A stretch of 64,000 bases of DNA from an uncultured Chloroflexia bacterium (lineage in GTDB: Bacteria > Chloroflexota > Limnocylindria > Limnocylindrales > CSP1-4): the NCBI GenBank assembly GCA_963746845.1, contig CAVVCZ010000004.1, positions 768,001 to 832,000 on the forward strand, written 5' to 3'. The first letter of the stretch is position 1, and each line of letters begins with the position of its first letter. The notes under the pieces were generated by a model. The model saw only the letters and a list, made by a program, of their open reading frames with translations. It was not told the DNA's origin and ran no database searches. Made by a program: the position numbers and the translations under genes. Of the stretch, positions 27,606-37,183 are shown piece by piece.

Positions 27606-28357
27606 CTGGCCGCCGCCTCGAGCGCGGCCGAGAGCTCGGCGTATCCCGCGCCGGGGAGCAGCCGCCCGTCGATCACGACCATCGGCGTCGAGTCGATCCC
27701 GGCCGCAGCCGCCGCGGCCCGGGCGTCGGTCACCGCCTTCGCTGCCGCCGGGGAGTCGATGTCGGCGAGGAACGCGGCGCGGTCAAGGTCGATGAGGTCG
27801 GCCATGGCCACGAGGCGATCGGGGGTGAAGGCTCCGCTGTTCTCCTGGAGGCCCTGATTCGCGTACAGCGTCGCCCACATGTCCCAGAACCGGCCCTGAC
27901 GATCCGCCGCCCAGGCCGCCTTCGCGGCCAGCACGGATTCGGCTCCGAGGAAGGCATACGGGTGGAAGACCAGCTTCGCAGTCCCGTCGGCGAGCTCATT
28001 CCGGACCAGGCTCGGGAACACGTCCCTCCCCCACCGGAAGCAGCCCGGGCACTGGAAGTCCTCGTAGATGTCGATCGTCGCCGGCGCGTCCGTCCGCCCG
28101 AGGACGAGCCCGTTCGCCGCGATGCCGGCCGGCGCCGTCGCGCGGACGAGCTCCGACGCCGGGGTGGCCTGCGGGCGCCCGCCGAGGATGATCATCGCCG
28201 CGATCAGCCCGAGACCGGCAAGGACCGCGACAGCCGACATCTGGACGATGCCAATCCGCGATCGCCGACGGACCGGGACGCGGGATGCCGCCCGCCGGGC
28301 GGCCAGCTGGGTTGCTCGGCGTTCGCGGCGCCGGGCGCGCGAGGTGGATGTGGTCAT
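27602..28357 (-). CDS. Membrane-anchored DsbA-like thioredoxin
   Basis: TM anchor, YEDFQCPGC, GIDSTP cis-Pro; coupled to VKOR. Confidence 0.9.
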   Translation of the reverse strand: MTTSTSRARRRERRATQLAARRAASRVPVRRRSRIGIVQMSAVAVLAGLGLIAAMIILGGRPQATPASELVRATAPAGIAANGLVLGRTDAPATIDIYEDFQCPGCFRWGRDVFPSLVRNELADGTAKLVFHPYAFLGAESVLAAKAAWAADRQGRFWDMWATLYANQGLQENSGAFTPDRLVAMADLIDLDRAAFLADIDSPAAAKAVTDARAAAAAAGIDSTPMVVIDGRLLPGAGYAELSAALEAAAR

Positions 28358-28509
28358 GGCTCTCCCCGGAACGTGGATGCTCCCTCCACGATCGCCGGGC
28401 GCGATCGCCGACGACAGGTGCCGTTCGGCCCGTTCGAGGCCCGCCACTGGTCGCAATGTCGTCGTCGCCATGCCATCCGTCAGGTGGGCTCGGGATCCGC
28501 CCGTAAGTA

Positions 28510-28540
28510 GTTGCATACGCAACGATCCATGTGGTACGGT
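28510..28540 (+). promoter_or_regulatory. Palindromic operator and -10 box of the LLM/FMN reductase operon
   Basis: GTTGCATACGCAAC (28510-28523) and TACGGT (28535-28540) 6 nt before ATG. Confidence 0.5.
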
Positions 28541-28546
28541 GCGACC

Positions 28547-29662
28547 ATGCAACTCGGAGTCTTCACCGTCGGCGACGTGACGCCGGACCCCACGACGGGC
28601 CACGCCGTGAGCGAGGAACAGCGGATCCAGATCATGGTCAAGGTCGCCCTGAAGGCGGAGGAGGTCGGTCTCGACGTCTTCGCCACGGGCGAGCACCACA
28701 ACCCGCCGTTCGTCCCCTCCTCCCCCACCACGCTGCTGGGGTACATCGCGGCGAAGACCGACCGCCTGCTGCTCTCGACGGCGACGACCCTGATCACGAC
28801 GAACGATCCGGTCAAGATCGCCGAGGACTACGCGATGCTCCAGCACCTGGCCGACGGCCGCGTCGACCTGATGATGGGTCGCGGCAACACGGGGCCTGTG
28901 TACCCGTGGTTCGGCCAGGACATCCGCAACGGGATCGCCCTCGCCTACGAGCACTACGGGCTGCTCCACCGCCTGTGGCGCGAGGACGTCGTCGACTGGG
29001 AAGGCAAGCTCCGGACGCCGCTGACCGGGTTCACGTCGACGCCGCGACCGCTCGACGGTGTCCCGCCGTTCGTATGGCACGGCTCGATCCGCAGCCCCGA
29101 GATCCCCGAGCAGGCCGCCTACTATGGCGATGGCTTCTTCCACAACAACATCTTCTGGCCGGCGGACCACGTGAAGCGGATGGTCGAGCTCTACCGGCGC
29201 CGCTGGGAGCACTACGGCCACGGCCCGTCCGATACTGCGATCGTCGGGCTTGGCGGCCACGTCTTCATGCGCAAGAACTCGCAGGACGCGATCCGCGAGT
29301 TCCGGCCGTACTTCGACCATGCGCCCGTCTACGGCGGCGGCCCGTCACTCGAGGACTACATGGCCCAGACGCCGATGACGATCGGCAGCCCGCAGCAGGT
29401 CATCGATCGAACGCTCGGCTTCCGCGAGTTCGTCGGCGACTACCAGCGCCAGTTGTTCATCGCCGACCATGCCGGGCTCCCGCTCAAGACCGTCCTCGAG
29501 CAGATGGACATCCTCGGAGCGGAGGTCGTGCCGGTGCTCCGCCGGGAGTTCGCGGCCCTCAAGCCGGCCCATGTGCCCGAGGCTCCCGTGCACCCTCGCG
29601 TCGCGGCGGCACGTGGCGTGGCGAACCCCGTGGCCGCGAGCCCCGAGGCGGTGCCCGCATGA
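28547..29662 (+). CDS. LLM-class (luciferase-like) flavin-dependent oxidoreductase
   Basis: FATGEHHNPPF, TNDPVKIAED, GRGN, VWHGSIRS. Confidence 0.92.
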   Translation: MQLGVFTVGDVTPDPTTGHAVSEEQRIQIMVKVALKAEEVGLDVFATGEHHNPPFVPSSPTTLLGYIAAKTDRLLLSTATTLITTNDPVKIAEDYAMLQHLADGRVDLMMGRGNTGPVYPWFGQDIRNGIALAYEHYGLLHRLWREDVVDWEGKLRTPLTGFTSTPRPLDGVPPFVWHGSIRSPEIPEQAAYYGDGFFHNNIFWPADHVKRMVELYRRRWEHYGHGPSDTAIVGLGGHVFMRKNSQDAIREFRPYFDHAPVYGGGPSLEDYMAQTPMTIGSPQQVIDRTLGFREFVGDYQRQLFIADHAGLPLKTVLEQMDILGAEVVPVLRREFAALKPAHVPEAPVHPRVAAARGVANPVAASPEAVPA

Positions 29663-30321
29663 GTGCGTCGATCCCGGGCGATCTCCCTTCCACCGCTCGG
29701 TCGCTCGTAGTCGTCAGCGCGGGGCTCGGCGTCCCCTCGTCGACCCGGCTGCTGGCCGATCGCCTGGCGGCGGCGACCGAGCGCCATCTCGGGGACGCCG
29801 GGATCGCGCCCACGATCCGGGTCGTCGAGCTGCGCGACCACGCCCAGGACCTGATCAACCACCTGCTGACGGGCTTTCCCGCACCGGGTCTCCAGGAGGT
29901 CATCGATGCGGTCGTCGGCGCGGACGGGCTGATCGCGGTCAGCCCGGTGTTCAACGCCTCCTATAGCGGCCTGTTCAAGCTGTTCTTCGACGTCGTCGAC
30001 AGGGACGGGCTCTCGGGGATGCCGACGCTCCTCGGCGCGACCGGCGGCACGACGCGGCACTCGCTGGCGATCGACCACGCGATGCGTCCGCTGTTCGCCT
30101 ACCTGAATGCGTCCGTGGTCGCGACCGGCGTCTACGCGGCGGCCGAGGACTGGGGCAGGAGTGGGCTCGCCCAGGACAGCGGGCTGGTCGAGCGGATCGA
30201 TCGTGCGGCGGCCGAGCTCGCGTCGGCGATGGCCGTCCGGTTGCGCACCAACGCCGTCGATCCGTTCGCGGATCCTGTCCCGTTCGAGCAGCTGATGGGG
30301 TCGAAGCCGCCCGTCGGCTGA
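29659..30321 (+). CDS. NAD(P)H-dependent FMN reductase
   Basis: SAGLGVPSSTRLLAD, SPVFNASYSGLFKLFFD, ATGGTTRHSL; ATGA coupling to the LLM gene. Confidence 0.9.
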   Translation: MSASIPGDLPSTARSLVVVSAGLGVPSSTRLLADRLAAATERHLGDAGIAPTIRVVELRDHAQDLINHLLTGFPAPGLQEVIDAVVGADGLIAVSPVFNASYSGLFKLFFDVVDRDGLSGMPTLLGATGGTTRHSLAIDHAMRPLFAYLNASVVATGVYAAAEDWGRSGLAQDSGLVERIDRAAAELASAMAVRLRTNAVDPFADPVPFEQLMGSKPPVG

Positions 30322-30343
30322 CGAGCCACTCGCGGGTTGGCGA

Positions 30344-30889
30344 TCAGCCGTCCGCCCAGAGGGCGTAGCGCCAGTCGTTGCACCGGCTCCAGTGCCCCTT
30401 CGGGTACTCGATCTCCGTCTCCTCGACCAGCTCGAACCCCACACCCGCGCACATCCGGTTCGACGCGAGGTTGTCGACGTGCGGGAAGGCGTGGACGAAC
30501 CGGTGCCGGCCGTCGCCCGCGGCGAGCGCCAGGAGCTGCCGGAACGCGACCGAGCCGATCCCGCGGCCCTGCCACGGCGGAAGGACGCTGAGGCCGGCCT
30601 CCCACACGACCCGGTCGTGGTGCTCCAGCTCCCAGAAGCCGGCCCACCCGACGCCATCTGCCGCAGCCGGATCGTCGTCGACGGTGATCGCGAAGAGCCC
30701 ACCCGGTGCCGTGTCGGCCAGCAGGCCCTGATGCCGCGAGCGGATCCGCGCATCGCTCTCGGGGCCGCCCAGGTAGACCGTCATCGCCGGGTCGCCGACG
30801 ATCGCCCGCATCAGGTCGAGGTCGCCCTCGGCCCACGGGCGGAGCGCGACCGGCACCTGCTCGCGGGTGGGACCACCAGGTTCATGCAC
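30344..30889 (-). CDS. GNAT acetyltransferase (RimJ/RimL-like); start uncertain
   Basis: QGRGIG, NLASNRM...GF; GAGAAT 6 nt before GTG 30889. Confidence 0.85.
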   Translation of the reverse strand: MHEPGGPTREQVPVALRPWAEGDLDLMRAIVGDPAMTVYLGGPESDARIRSRHQGLLADTAPGGLFAITVDDDPAAADGVGWAGFWELEHHDRVVWEAGLSVLPPWQGRGIGSVAFRQLLALAAGDGRHRFVHAFPHVDNLASNRMCAGVGFELVEETEIEYPKGHWSRCNDWRYALWADG

Positions 30890-30987
30890 CGGCGGATTCT
30901 CGCGCAAAACGGATGGAACCCGATCGCGATCGCGTGGCTCGTATTGTGTGAACGCGGCCACATGAGCCGTGTCGCATCGGTGGCGAC

Positions 30988-31392
30988 ATGCAGATCGAGC
31001 TCGTCGAACGAGCCATCGCCGGCGACCGCGACGCCTTCTCCGTGTTGGTGAAGACGTCGGTTCCCCGCCTGCACGGCGCCGCCCGCCTCATCCTCCGGGA
31101 TCCGGATCGCGCCCAGGACGCGGTCCAGGAGGCGCTCGTGCTGGCCTGGCGGCACATCGGCGCCCTCCGTGACCCCGGGGCCTGGGACGCCTGGCTGTAC
31201 CGGCTCACCGTTCGTGCCTGCTACCGGTCGGCACGGACGGTCCGTCGCCGGAACGTGGTCGAGCTGCACGTGATGCCCGACCTGGAGCCGACGTCGAACA
31301 AGGACTTCTCCCTGTCCGTGGTCGAGCACGACGCGATCGGTCGCGCCATGGGGCGTCTGCCGGTCGACCAACGAACGGTGATGGTCCTGCGG
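30988..31392 (+). pseudogene. 3'-truncated ECF sigma-70 factor (region 4 HTH missing)
   Basis: Region 2 (AQDAVQEAL...AWLYRL) intact. Homology stops at LPVDQRTVMVLR, after which the frame reads antisense into the VOC gene. Confidence 0.75.
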
Positions 31393-31398
31393 CCTCCG

Positions 31399-31788
31399 TC
31401 AGAAGTCGCGACGGCCCGCGAAGCTCTCGATGACACCCGGCCGGGTCAGCTCGTAGATCGCGAGCCGCTGGCCGCCCGGCGCCTCGAACGAGCGGACCGG
31501 TCCCTGCGGGATCTCCAGGTCGTGGCCGCGCGGCCAGCCGCGGGCGTCCAGCTCGTGCTCGGCGGCGGCCAGGTCCGGGACGCGGTACACCAGGATCGGG
31601 CGGTCGCCCTCGAGATGGCCCGCGAGGACGATCCGCGGCGGCGCGTCGGTCAACTCGACCATCGCGACCCGGGTGCCCATCGCGTCGATCGCGAAGACGA
31701 GCCTGGCGCCGAGGGCGTCCGTGAAGGCGGCGACGTCCGCTGCGACATCGCGGCTCGGGACATAGACATAGTCGAGCGACTCGAACAT
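31399..31788 (-). CDS. VOC family protein
   Basis: LDYVYVPSRDVAAD...LVYRVPDL...EIPQGP...APGGQRLAIYE. Confidence 0.8.
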   Translation of the reverse strand: MFESLDYVYVPSRDVAADVAAFTDALGARLVFAIDAMGTRVAMVELTDAPPRIVLAGHLEGDRPILVYRVPDLAAAEHELDARGWPRGHDLEIPQGPVRSFEAPGGQRLAIYELTRPGVIESFAGRRDF

Positions 31789-31793
31789 CGCGG

Positions 31794-32927
31794 CTAGCCC
31801 GGCGACGGTTCCGGCGTGTCCGGAAGGACGGCCTGTGCCGGTTCGGGCGTCCCGTAGAACTCGCGGTAGACCACGTTGACCGCCGCCGCGATCGGCACGC
31901 CGAGGAGCCCGCCGAGGATCCCGTACACGTTCAGCCCGACGAGCACGGCGAAGATCGTGATCACCGGGTGGAGGTGGACCGCCCGGCCGATGACCTGTGG
32001 CATGACCACCTGGTCCTCGACCTGGCGGACGACGAAGTAGATGACGATGACGACGATCGCGAGCTGCGCGCCGCCATGTGCGAAGGCATCGATCCCGGCG
32101 ATGGCCGTCGCGATCAATGGGCCGATCAACGGGATGATCTCGAGGAACCCGGTCAGGATCGCGATCCCCAGGGCGTACGGCAGGTGGAGGATCGGGCCGA
32201 GCGCGATGTAGATCACGAACGCGACGAAGGCGATCAGGACGAGCTGGCCGCGCAGCCACTTGCCCAGGACCTCGTGGATCCGGCCGAGCAGCTCGAAGGT
32301 GTGCTCGCGATGCCGGAACGGCAGCGTCGAGATCGTCCGCTGCCAGAGCATCGGTCCGTCGACGAGGAAGTAGAACGTGACGATCAGCGCCAGGATCGTC
32401 TCGAGCAGCACGGAGCCGATCTGGCCCGCGATGTGGGCGGCGTCGCCGGGTGATGCGAGGAGCCCGCCGGCCCTCGTCTGGATCTCGCGCGCGATGTCGG
32501 CGACCGTGATCTGCTGGCCGCCGATGTCGATGGTGTCCTTCCCGATCAGCTCGCGGAGGAGCTTGCTGAGCGAGTCCGGGCCGGATGCCGCCAGGAGCGA
32601 GACCTCGTTCGCGATCCGGCCGACGAGCAGGACCCCCGCGACGATCAGCAAGGCCACGACGAAGACGTACGCGATCCCGACGACCACGATCCTCGGCCAG
32701 CCGGTCCTCCGGACGGCTCGCCCGACGAGAGGCGAGAAGGCGTAGGCGAGGACGGCGGCCAGGATGAACGGGGCCAGGACCTCGCGGGCGAGCCAGAGGA
32801 CAATCCCGACACCGACGATGAGCCAGAGGAACGGCGCGCGGCTGCGCGTGTCGGTCCCGACGGCCGCGGTCCCTGACACGTCCTGGGAGGACGCTGACAA
32901 CGCGGCGCTCGGGACCTCCTCGGTCAT
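31794..32927 (-). CDS. AI-2E family transporter
   Basis: PFILAAVLAYAFSPLV, TFYFLVDG, WLRGQL, QVEDQVVMPQVIG, LHP...GVPIAA. Confidence 0.9.
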   Translation of the reverse strand: MTEEVPSAALSASSQDVSGTAAVGTDTRSRAPFLWLIVGVGIVLWLAREVLAPFILAAVLAYAFSPLVGRAVRRTGWPRIVVVGIAYVFVVALLIVAGVLLVGRIANEVSLLAASGPDSLSKLLRELIGKDTIDIGGQQITVADIAREIQTRAGGLLASPGDAAHIAGQIGSVLLETILALIVTFYFLVDGPMLWQRTISTLPFRHREHTFELLGRIHEVLGKWLRGQLVLIAFVAFVIYIALGPILHLPYALGIAILTGFLEIIPLIGPLIATAIAGIDAFAHGGAQLAIVVIVIYFVVRQVEDQVVMPQVIGRAVHLHPVITIFAVLVGLNVYGILGGLLGVPIAAAVNVVYREFYGTPEPAQAVLPDTPEPSPG

Positions 32928-32932
32928 GCCGG

Positions 32933-33769
32933 CTACTCGACCGTCGCTGCGAGCCGGACGCCGGCGAGGAAGCCGCGGTAGGCCGTGATCGGGTCCGGAC
33001 CCGGGTGCCGGACCGTTCGGTCGCCGACCCGCTCGGCGTTCGGGACGATCGCGGCATAGTCCGCTTCCAGCCCGCGGCGATAGTCGACCTCGATCACGAC
33101 CGGCGGCCCGACCTCGAGGAGGCGGAGCTCGCCGGCGGCCGCGCGCGTGACCGCCCGGGCGGCCCCGTCGCGGATCGCCGCCCGGGCGCGTTCGGGGTGG
33201 AGCGAGGCCGCCGCGTTCGTTCCGAAGCCCTCCTTGACCACGACCCGCTCCGCCCACGGCAGCCAGCCCGCCACCTCGACCGCGAGCGCGTCGTCCCCGG
33301 CCACGAGCCCGACGGGGATGCCCCATGCGCCGAGGGCCAGGGCGTTGAAGCCGTACTCGCCCGTCGGACGGCCGTCGAGACGGGTTTCGACGGGTCCGCC
33401 GGTGTAGGTGTGGGCGATCGTGCCGGTCGGGTGCCCGGCGCGCGCGTGGTAGCCGACGAACAGCGCGACATCGAATGCCGGACGGCCGTCGCGCGGGGCG
33501 GCGCCGGCCACCATCGACCAGGGCTTCTGTCCCTGCAGAAGACGCGCGGCGGGATCCAGGTCGATCGGGCGGAGGTTGTACATCCCACCGTGGCTGTCGT
33601 TGACGAGGATGTCCGTCGCGCCTGCCGAGAGGGCACCGGCGATCGCGGCGTTCGTCTCGCCGACCATCAGCTCGACCGCTGCCGGGTACTCGCTGTCGGC
33701 GCGGCTCGTGGGCTTCGGATGGCTGACGCCCGCGATCCCTTCCATGTCGACGCTGATGTAGACCCGCAT
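32933..33769 (-). CDS. dppA: M55 family D-aminopeptidase
   Basis: YISVDMEG, VNDSHG, VGYHARAG, AHT, VAGDD. Confidence 0.92.
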   Translation of the reverse strand: MRVYISVDMEGIAGVSHPKPTSRADSEYPAAVELMVGETNAAIAGALSAGATDILVNDSHGGMYNLRPIDLDPAARLLQGQKPWSMVAGAAPRDGRPAFDVALFVGYHARAGHPTGTIAHTYTGGPVETRLDGRPTGEYGFNALALGAWGIPVGLVAGDDALAVEVAGWLPWAERVVVKEGFGTNAAASLHPERARAAIRDGAARAVTRAAAGELRLLEVGPPVVIEVDYRRGLEADYAAIVPNAERVGDRTVRHPGPDPITAYRGFLAGVRLAATVE

Positions 33770-33827
33770 TCCGCCTCCGTCCGCCCGCGCGTCCCGAGTC
33801 AGAGGGGACCGCGTTCGCAGCGTAGCG

Positions 33828-34388
33828 CTACCAGACGTCGCCGGGGCGCCAGTCGCAGACGATCGGGCCGGTCTCCTCGAACGGCGGTGTGGTCGGCGTC
33901 CGCAGGACCATCACGAACCCGTCGTCGTCCGGCGTCCGCCGATCCCCGTCCGGCGCCCGCACGGCCGTCGGGCCGGCCCACGTGCGCCAGCCGAGCCGCT
34001 CGTAGAAGTGGCTCGCCCCGGTCCCGAGCGCTCCGAGCTCGAAGCCGGCGCGGATCAACTCGTCGATCGCCTCCATGACGACCGTGCCGAGACCGTCACC
34101 CTGCCGGCCCGGCTCGACCGCGACCGCCTCGACGTACCCGGTGTGCAATGCCCGGTCGCCGACACGCACCACGCGTTCGACCACGCTGGCGTGGGCGACG
34201 ATCGCGCCGTCCTGATCGACGATGACGTGGGTTCCGCCGAGGGCGTGCTCCCAGTCGTCGTCATCGAACCGCTCCTCGGGGTCGTCGTCATGGAAGGCGT
34301 CGTCCAGGAGGGCCCGGAGGGCCGTCCGCTCGCGCGCGGTGAGCTCGCTCGTCTGCAGGCGTCGAAGACGCTGTCCGGTGGTGTCCAT
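33828..34388 (-). CDS. GNAT, aminoglycoside 2'-N-acetyltransferase (AAC(2')-I)-like
   Basis: F..DDWEHALGG.H, AHASVV, GYVEAVAV, ELGAL, C-terminal CDWRPGDVW. Confidence 0.8.
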   Translation of the reverse strand: MDTTGQRLRRLQTSELTARERTALRALLDDAFHDDDPEERFDDDDWEHALGGTHVIVDQDGAIVAHASVVERVVRVGDRALHTGYVEAVAVEPGRQGDGLGTVVMEAIDELIRAGFELGALGTGASHFYERLGWRTWAGPTAVRAPDGDRRTPDDDGFVMVLRTPTTPPFEETGPIVCDWRPGDVW

Positions 34389-34442
34389 GCACGGGCCAGC
34401 CTAGCCAGTGGAACCGCTTGCGTGCCGTGCGATGATCCGCGC

Positions 34443-34655
34443 ATGGTCGAGTACGGCAACGGGGTCAGCCAGGGCGCGGGTCAGGTCGCCGGTGGCCACG
34501 GCGGCGGTGGCGGCGGCAACGTTGATCTCGGGGCGGCCGTCGGGAACTGGTTCAGCCAGGCGGGGCACACGCTCGCCACGATGCCCGCCTGGGAGCTGGC
34601 GATCGTGGTCGTCGCGATCATCGCGGGCCTGTTCCTGATCCGCCGCCTGATCTGA
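34443..34655 (+). CDS. Small Gly-rich membrane protein (70 aa)
   Basis: MVEYGNGVSQGAG...single C-terminal TM; fills an intergenic gap; -10-like GATGAT 6 nt before ATG. Confidence 0.65.
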   Translation: MVEYGNGVSQGAGQVAGGHGGGGGGNVDLGAAVGNWFSQAGHTLATMPAWELAIVVVAIIAGLFLIRRLI

Positions 34656-34680
34656 TCCCCTCGAGGTTCGGCGATGCCGA

Positions 34681-36075
34681 TCAGCGGGCCGCCGGCGCCA
34701 CGTTCTGGTTGCGGTGGAATACGTTGTCCGGGTCGTACCGGCGCTTGATCGCCGCCAGGCGGTCCCACGTCGCGCCCGGGTAGGCGTCCCGGACCCGCGC
34801 CGGGCCTTCGTCCATCAGGAAGTTCACGTAGGCGGCGTGGTCATCCCCGCGCAGGTCGTCGGTCAGCTGCTCCACCCACTCGGTGCGGTTGAGCCGGTCC
34901 GATTCACCCTCGTAGAACGCGGCGACATTGACCATGATCCGCCGCCCCCGGTGGGCGTATGCGGTCGCATCCGGCCCGACCCGGGCCGCGGCCCCGCCGA
35001 GCACCCGGATCTGGGCCACCCGCATCGCGGCATCCGATTCGCGAAGCCGCTCGACGACGAGCGTGGCGTCGTCGTGGCCGAACCGGTCCATGAACAGGTT
35101 CCGGGCCACGGCGGTCGGGTGGTAGTCCGCGTCCTCGGGCGGGAACATCTCCGGGTACCCGCTCGGATGGACGAGGTCCGCCAGGGGCGTCGCGAGGGCC
35201 CGGAGCGGGGCGATCGCGGCATCGCCGTCGGGCACATCGCCGGACCAGACGATCAGGGCGAAGATCACGAGCTCTCCGTGATGCTCCTCGGCGACGAACG
35301 GCATCGGCGGGCACGGCATCACGTTCGCGATCGTCGACAGCTCGTCCGGGGCCGCGTCGGCGGCCGCGATGAACCCCGCCACCGTGTCCGCGGTCGCCGG
35401 CAGGATCAGCATCCCACCCACGATCCCGGGCAGCTCGTGGAGCCGGTATCGGAACCGCGTGGCGATCCCGACGTTCCCGCCGCCGCCGCGGATGGCCCAG
35501 AACAGGTCCGGCTCGTGATCGGCGTCCACCCGGTGGATCGTGCCGTCGGCGGTCACGATCTCGGCGGCGAGCAGGCTGTCGATCGTCAGGCCGTGCTTTC
35601 GGACGAGATAGCCGATGCCGCCACCGGTCGTGATCCCACCGATCCCGACGGAGCCCGTGTCGCCGAACCCGATGGCGAGACCGTCCTCGGCAAGAGCCGT
35701 GGTCACCTCCATCGCCGTGAGGCCCGCACCTGCCCAGGCAGAGCGATCCGCCGCGTCGACGTCCAGCTCGCGCAGCTCGCCGAGGTGGATGACGATCCCC
35801 CCGTCGGTCGATCCGTGAGCAGCGCCGCTGTGGCCGCCGCTCCGGACGGCAATCTCCGCGTCATGCTCGCGGGCCACCTCGAGGACGGTCGCGATGTCGG
35901 CGGCGTCGGCGACACGGACGATCGCGGCGGGGCGCAGGTCGAAGCCGCCATACATCACGGTGCGAGCGGTGTCGTAGTCGGTGTCGGCCGGGGTGATCAC
36001 CCGGCCCCGGGCTCGGGTGCGGAGCGCGTCGACGGCGTCGACGAGTGGGGTCTCGAGGGTCACGATGTTCTCCAC
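34681..36075 (-). CDS. FAD-binding oxidoreductase (VAO/berberine bridge enzyme family)
   Basis: VRSGGHS (FAD His), GGGIG, DLFWAIRGGGGN, YVNF, KRRYDPDNVF. Confidence 0.92.
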   Translation of the reverse strand: MENIVTLETPLVDAVDALRTRARGRVITPADTDYDTARTVMYGGFDLRPAAIVRVADAADIATVLEVAREHDAEIAVRSGGHSGAAHGSTDGGIVIHLGELRELDVDAADRSAWAGAGLTAMEVTTALAEDGLAIGFGDTGSVGIGGITTGGGIGYLVRKHGLTIDSLLAAEIVTADGTIHRVDADHEPDLFWAIRGGGGNVGIATRFRYRLHELPGIVGGMLILPATADTVAGFIAAADAAPDELSTIANVMPCPPMPFVAEEHHGELVIFALIVWSGDVPDGDAAIAPLRALATPLADLVHPSGYPEMFPPEDADYHPTAVARNLFMDRFGHDDATLVVERLRESDAAMRVAQIRVLGGAAARVGPDATAYAHRGRRIMVNVAAFYEGESDRLNRTEWVEQLTDDLRGDDHAAYVNFLMDEGPARVRDAYPGATWDRLAAIKRRYDPDNVFHRNQNVAPAAR

Positions 36076-36105
36076 GCTGGGCAGGGTGTGGTGGGCTGGT
36101 CACGA

Positions 36106-36136
36106 TACCGACCGGTGGTTCGCCCGAAACTCATCG
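36106..36136 (-). promoter_or_regulatory. SigG-type ECF promoter CGATGA-N18-GTCGGTA driving the FAD oxidoreductase
   Basis: On the minus strand CGATGA at 36131-36136, an 18-nt spacer, GTCGGTA at 36106-36112; adjacent to a SigG-like sigma gene. Confidence 0.65.
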
Positions 36137-36152
36137 GCGCGGCGGTCGGAGG

Positions 36153-37121
36153 TCAGTCGAGGTGCGCCGGCAGCCCGAACAGCGGGAAGAACCGCTGGGT
36201 ATCGAGGAAGAAGGTGACCGCCCGGATGCGATCGCCGTCGAGCTCGAGGACCTGGAGCGACCACGGCGCATGCCCGCCGGCGGGGTCCGGCTTGTACTGG
36301 CCGTAGGCCGGCATCCCGTTCGCCTCCGTCGGGATCAGCCGCGAACCCTCGCACGCGTAACCCGGGCCGACGCACCACTTGACGATGTCGTCGTGGGTCT
36401 GGAGCCAGAGGTCGTAGGGCGGCATCGACCACTGCGCGTCCTCGCGCAGGAGCGACGTGAGTGCCGTCATGTCGTACCGCTCGAACGCGGCCACGTAGCG
36501 GTCCAGCAGCGCCTGCTGCTCCCCATCGAGGGGTGGCGCCGGAGCGCCCGCATCGAGGTTCCGGCTGCCGAGGGTCGCTCGCGCCCGCTGGAGCGCGCTG
36601 TTCACCGAGGCAACGGTCGTATCGAGCAGCTCCGCGACCTCATCTGCGTGCCAGTGGAGCACCTCGCGCAGGATCAGGACGGCCCGCTGGCGCGGCGGCA
36701 GATGCTGGAGCGCCGCGACGAACGCCAGCTTGACGCTCTCTCGCGCGATTGCGACATCCGCCGGATCGCCGGCGGTCGGCAGCACCCGGCCGTCCGGGAC
36801 GGGCTCGATGAACCGGTCCTCGGGGAGCGCGTCGGGCAGCGGCGTGTCGGCGCCTCGGGCGGGGCGCATGTCCACCGGACGGGCGCGGCGCTGGCTCGCG
36901 CCGAGCATGTCGAGACACACGTTCGTTGCAATCCGGTACAGCCATGAGCGCAGGCTGGATCGTCCTTCGAAGGTGGACAGCCCGCGCCACGCGCGGATGA
37001 ACGTCTCCTGGACGGCGTCCTCCGCCTCGAAGGCGGCGCCGAGCATCCGGTAGCAGTAGCCGGTCAGCTCGACCCGGTGACGCTCGAGATCGATGGCGGG
37101 CGCGGTCGCGAGTTCGGTCAT
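36153..37121 (-). CDS. ECF sigma-70 factor with C-terminal SnoaL-like domain (SigG-like)
   Basis: YCYRMLG..FEAEDAVQET, WLYRIATNVCLD, VNSALQRAR, WSMPP, ANG.PA extension. Confidence 0.92.
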   Translation of the reverse strand: MTELATAPAIDLERHRVELTGYCYRMLGAAFEAEDAVQETFIRAWRGLSTFEGRSSLRSWLYRIATNVCLDMLGASQRRARPVDMRPARGADTPLPDALPEDRFIEPVPDGRVLPTAGDPADVAIARESVKLAFVAALQHLPPRQRAVLILREVLHWHADEVAELLDTTVASVNSALQRARATLGSRNLDAGAPAPPLDGEQQALLDRYVAAFERYDMTALTSLLREDAQWSMPPYDLWLQTHDDIVKWCVGPGYACEGSRLIPTEANGMPAYGQYKPDPAGGHAPWSLQVLELDGDRIRAVTFFLDTQRFFPLFGLPAHLD

Positions 37122-37183
37122 CGACCCATTGTGCCCGGCCGGGTGGATGTCGTGCGGAAACCGGTTGGTATCGTTGGGCGCAG

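Noticed and set aside
27090-28357. DsbA-VKOR pair as a novel system
   Set aside because: Well-established disulfide-formation module; kept as features only.
31393-31797. C-terminal domain fused to the ECF sigma (269-aa ORF)
   Set aside because: It is the antisense reading of the VOC gene at 31399-31788.
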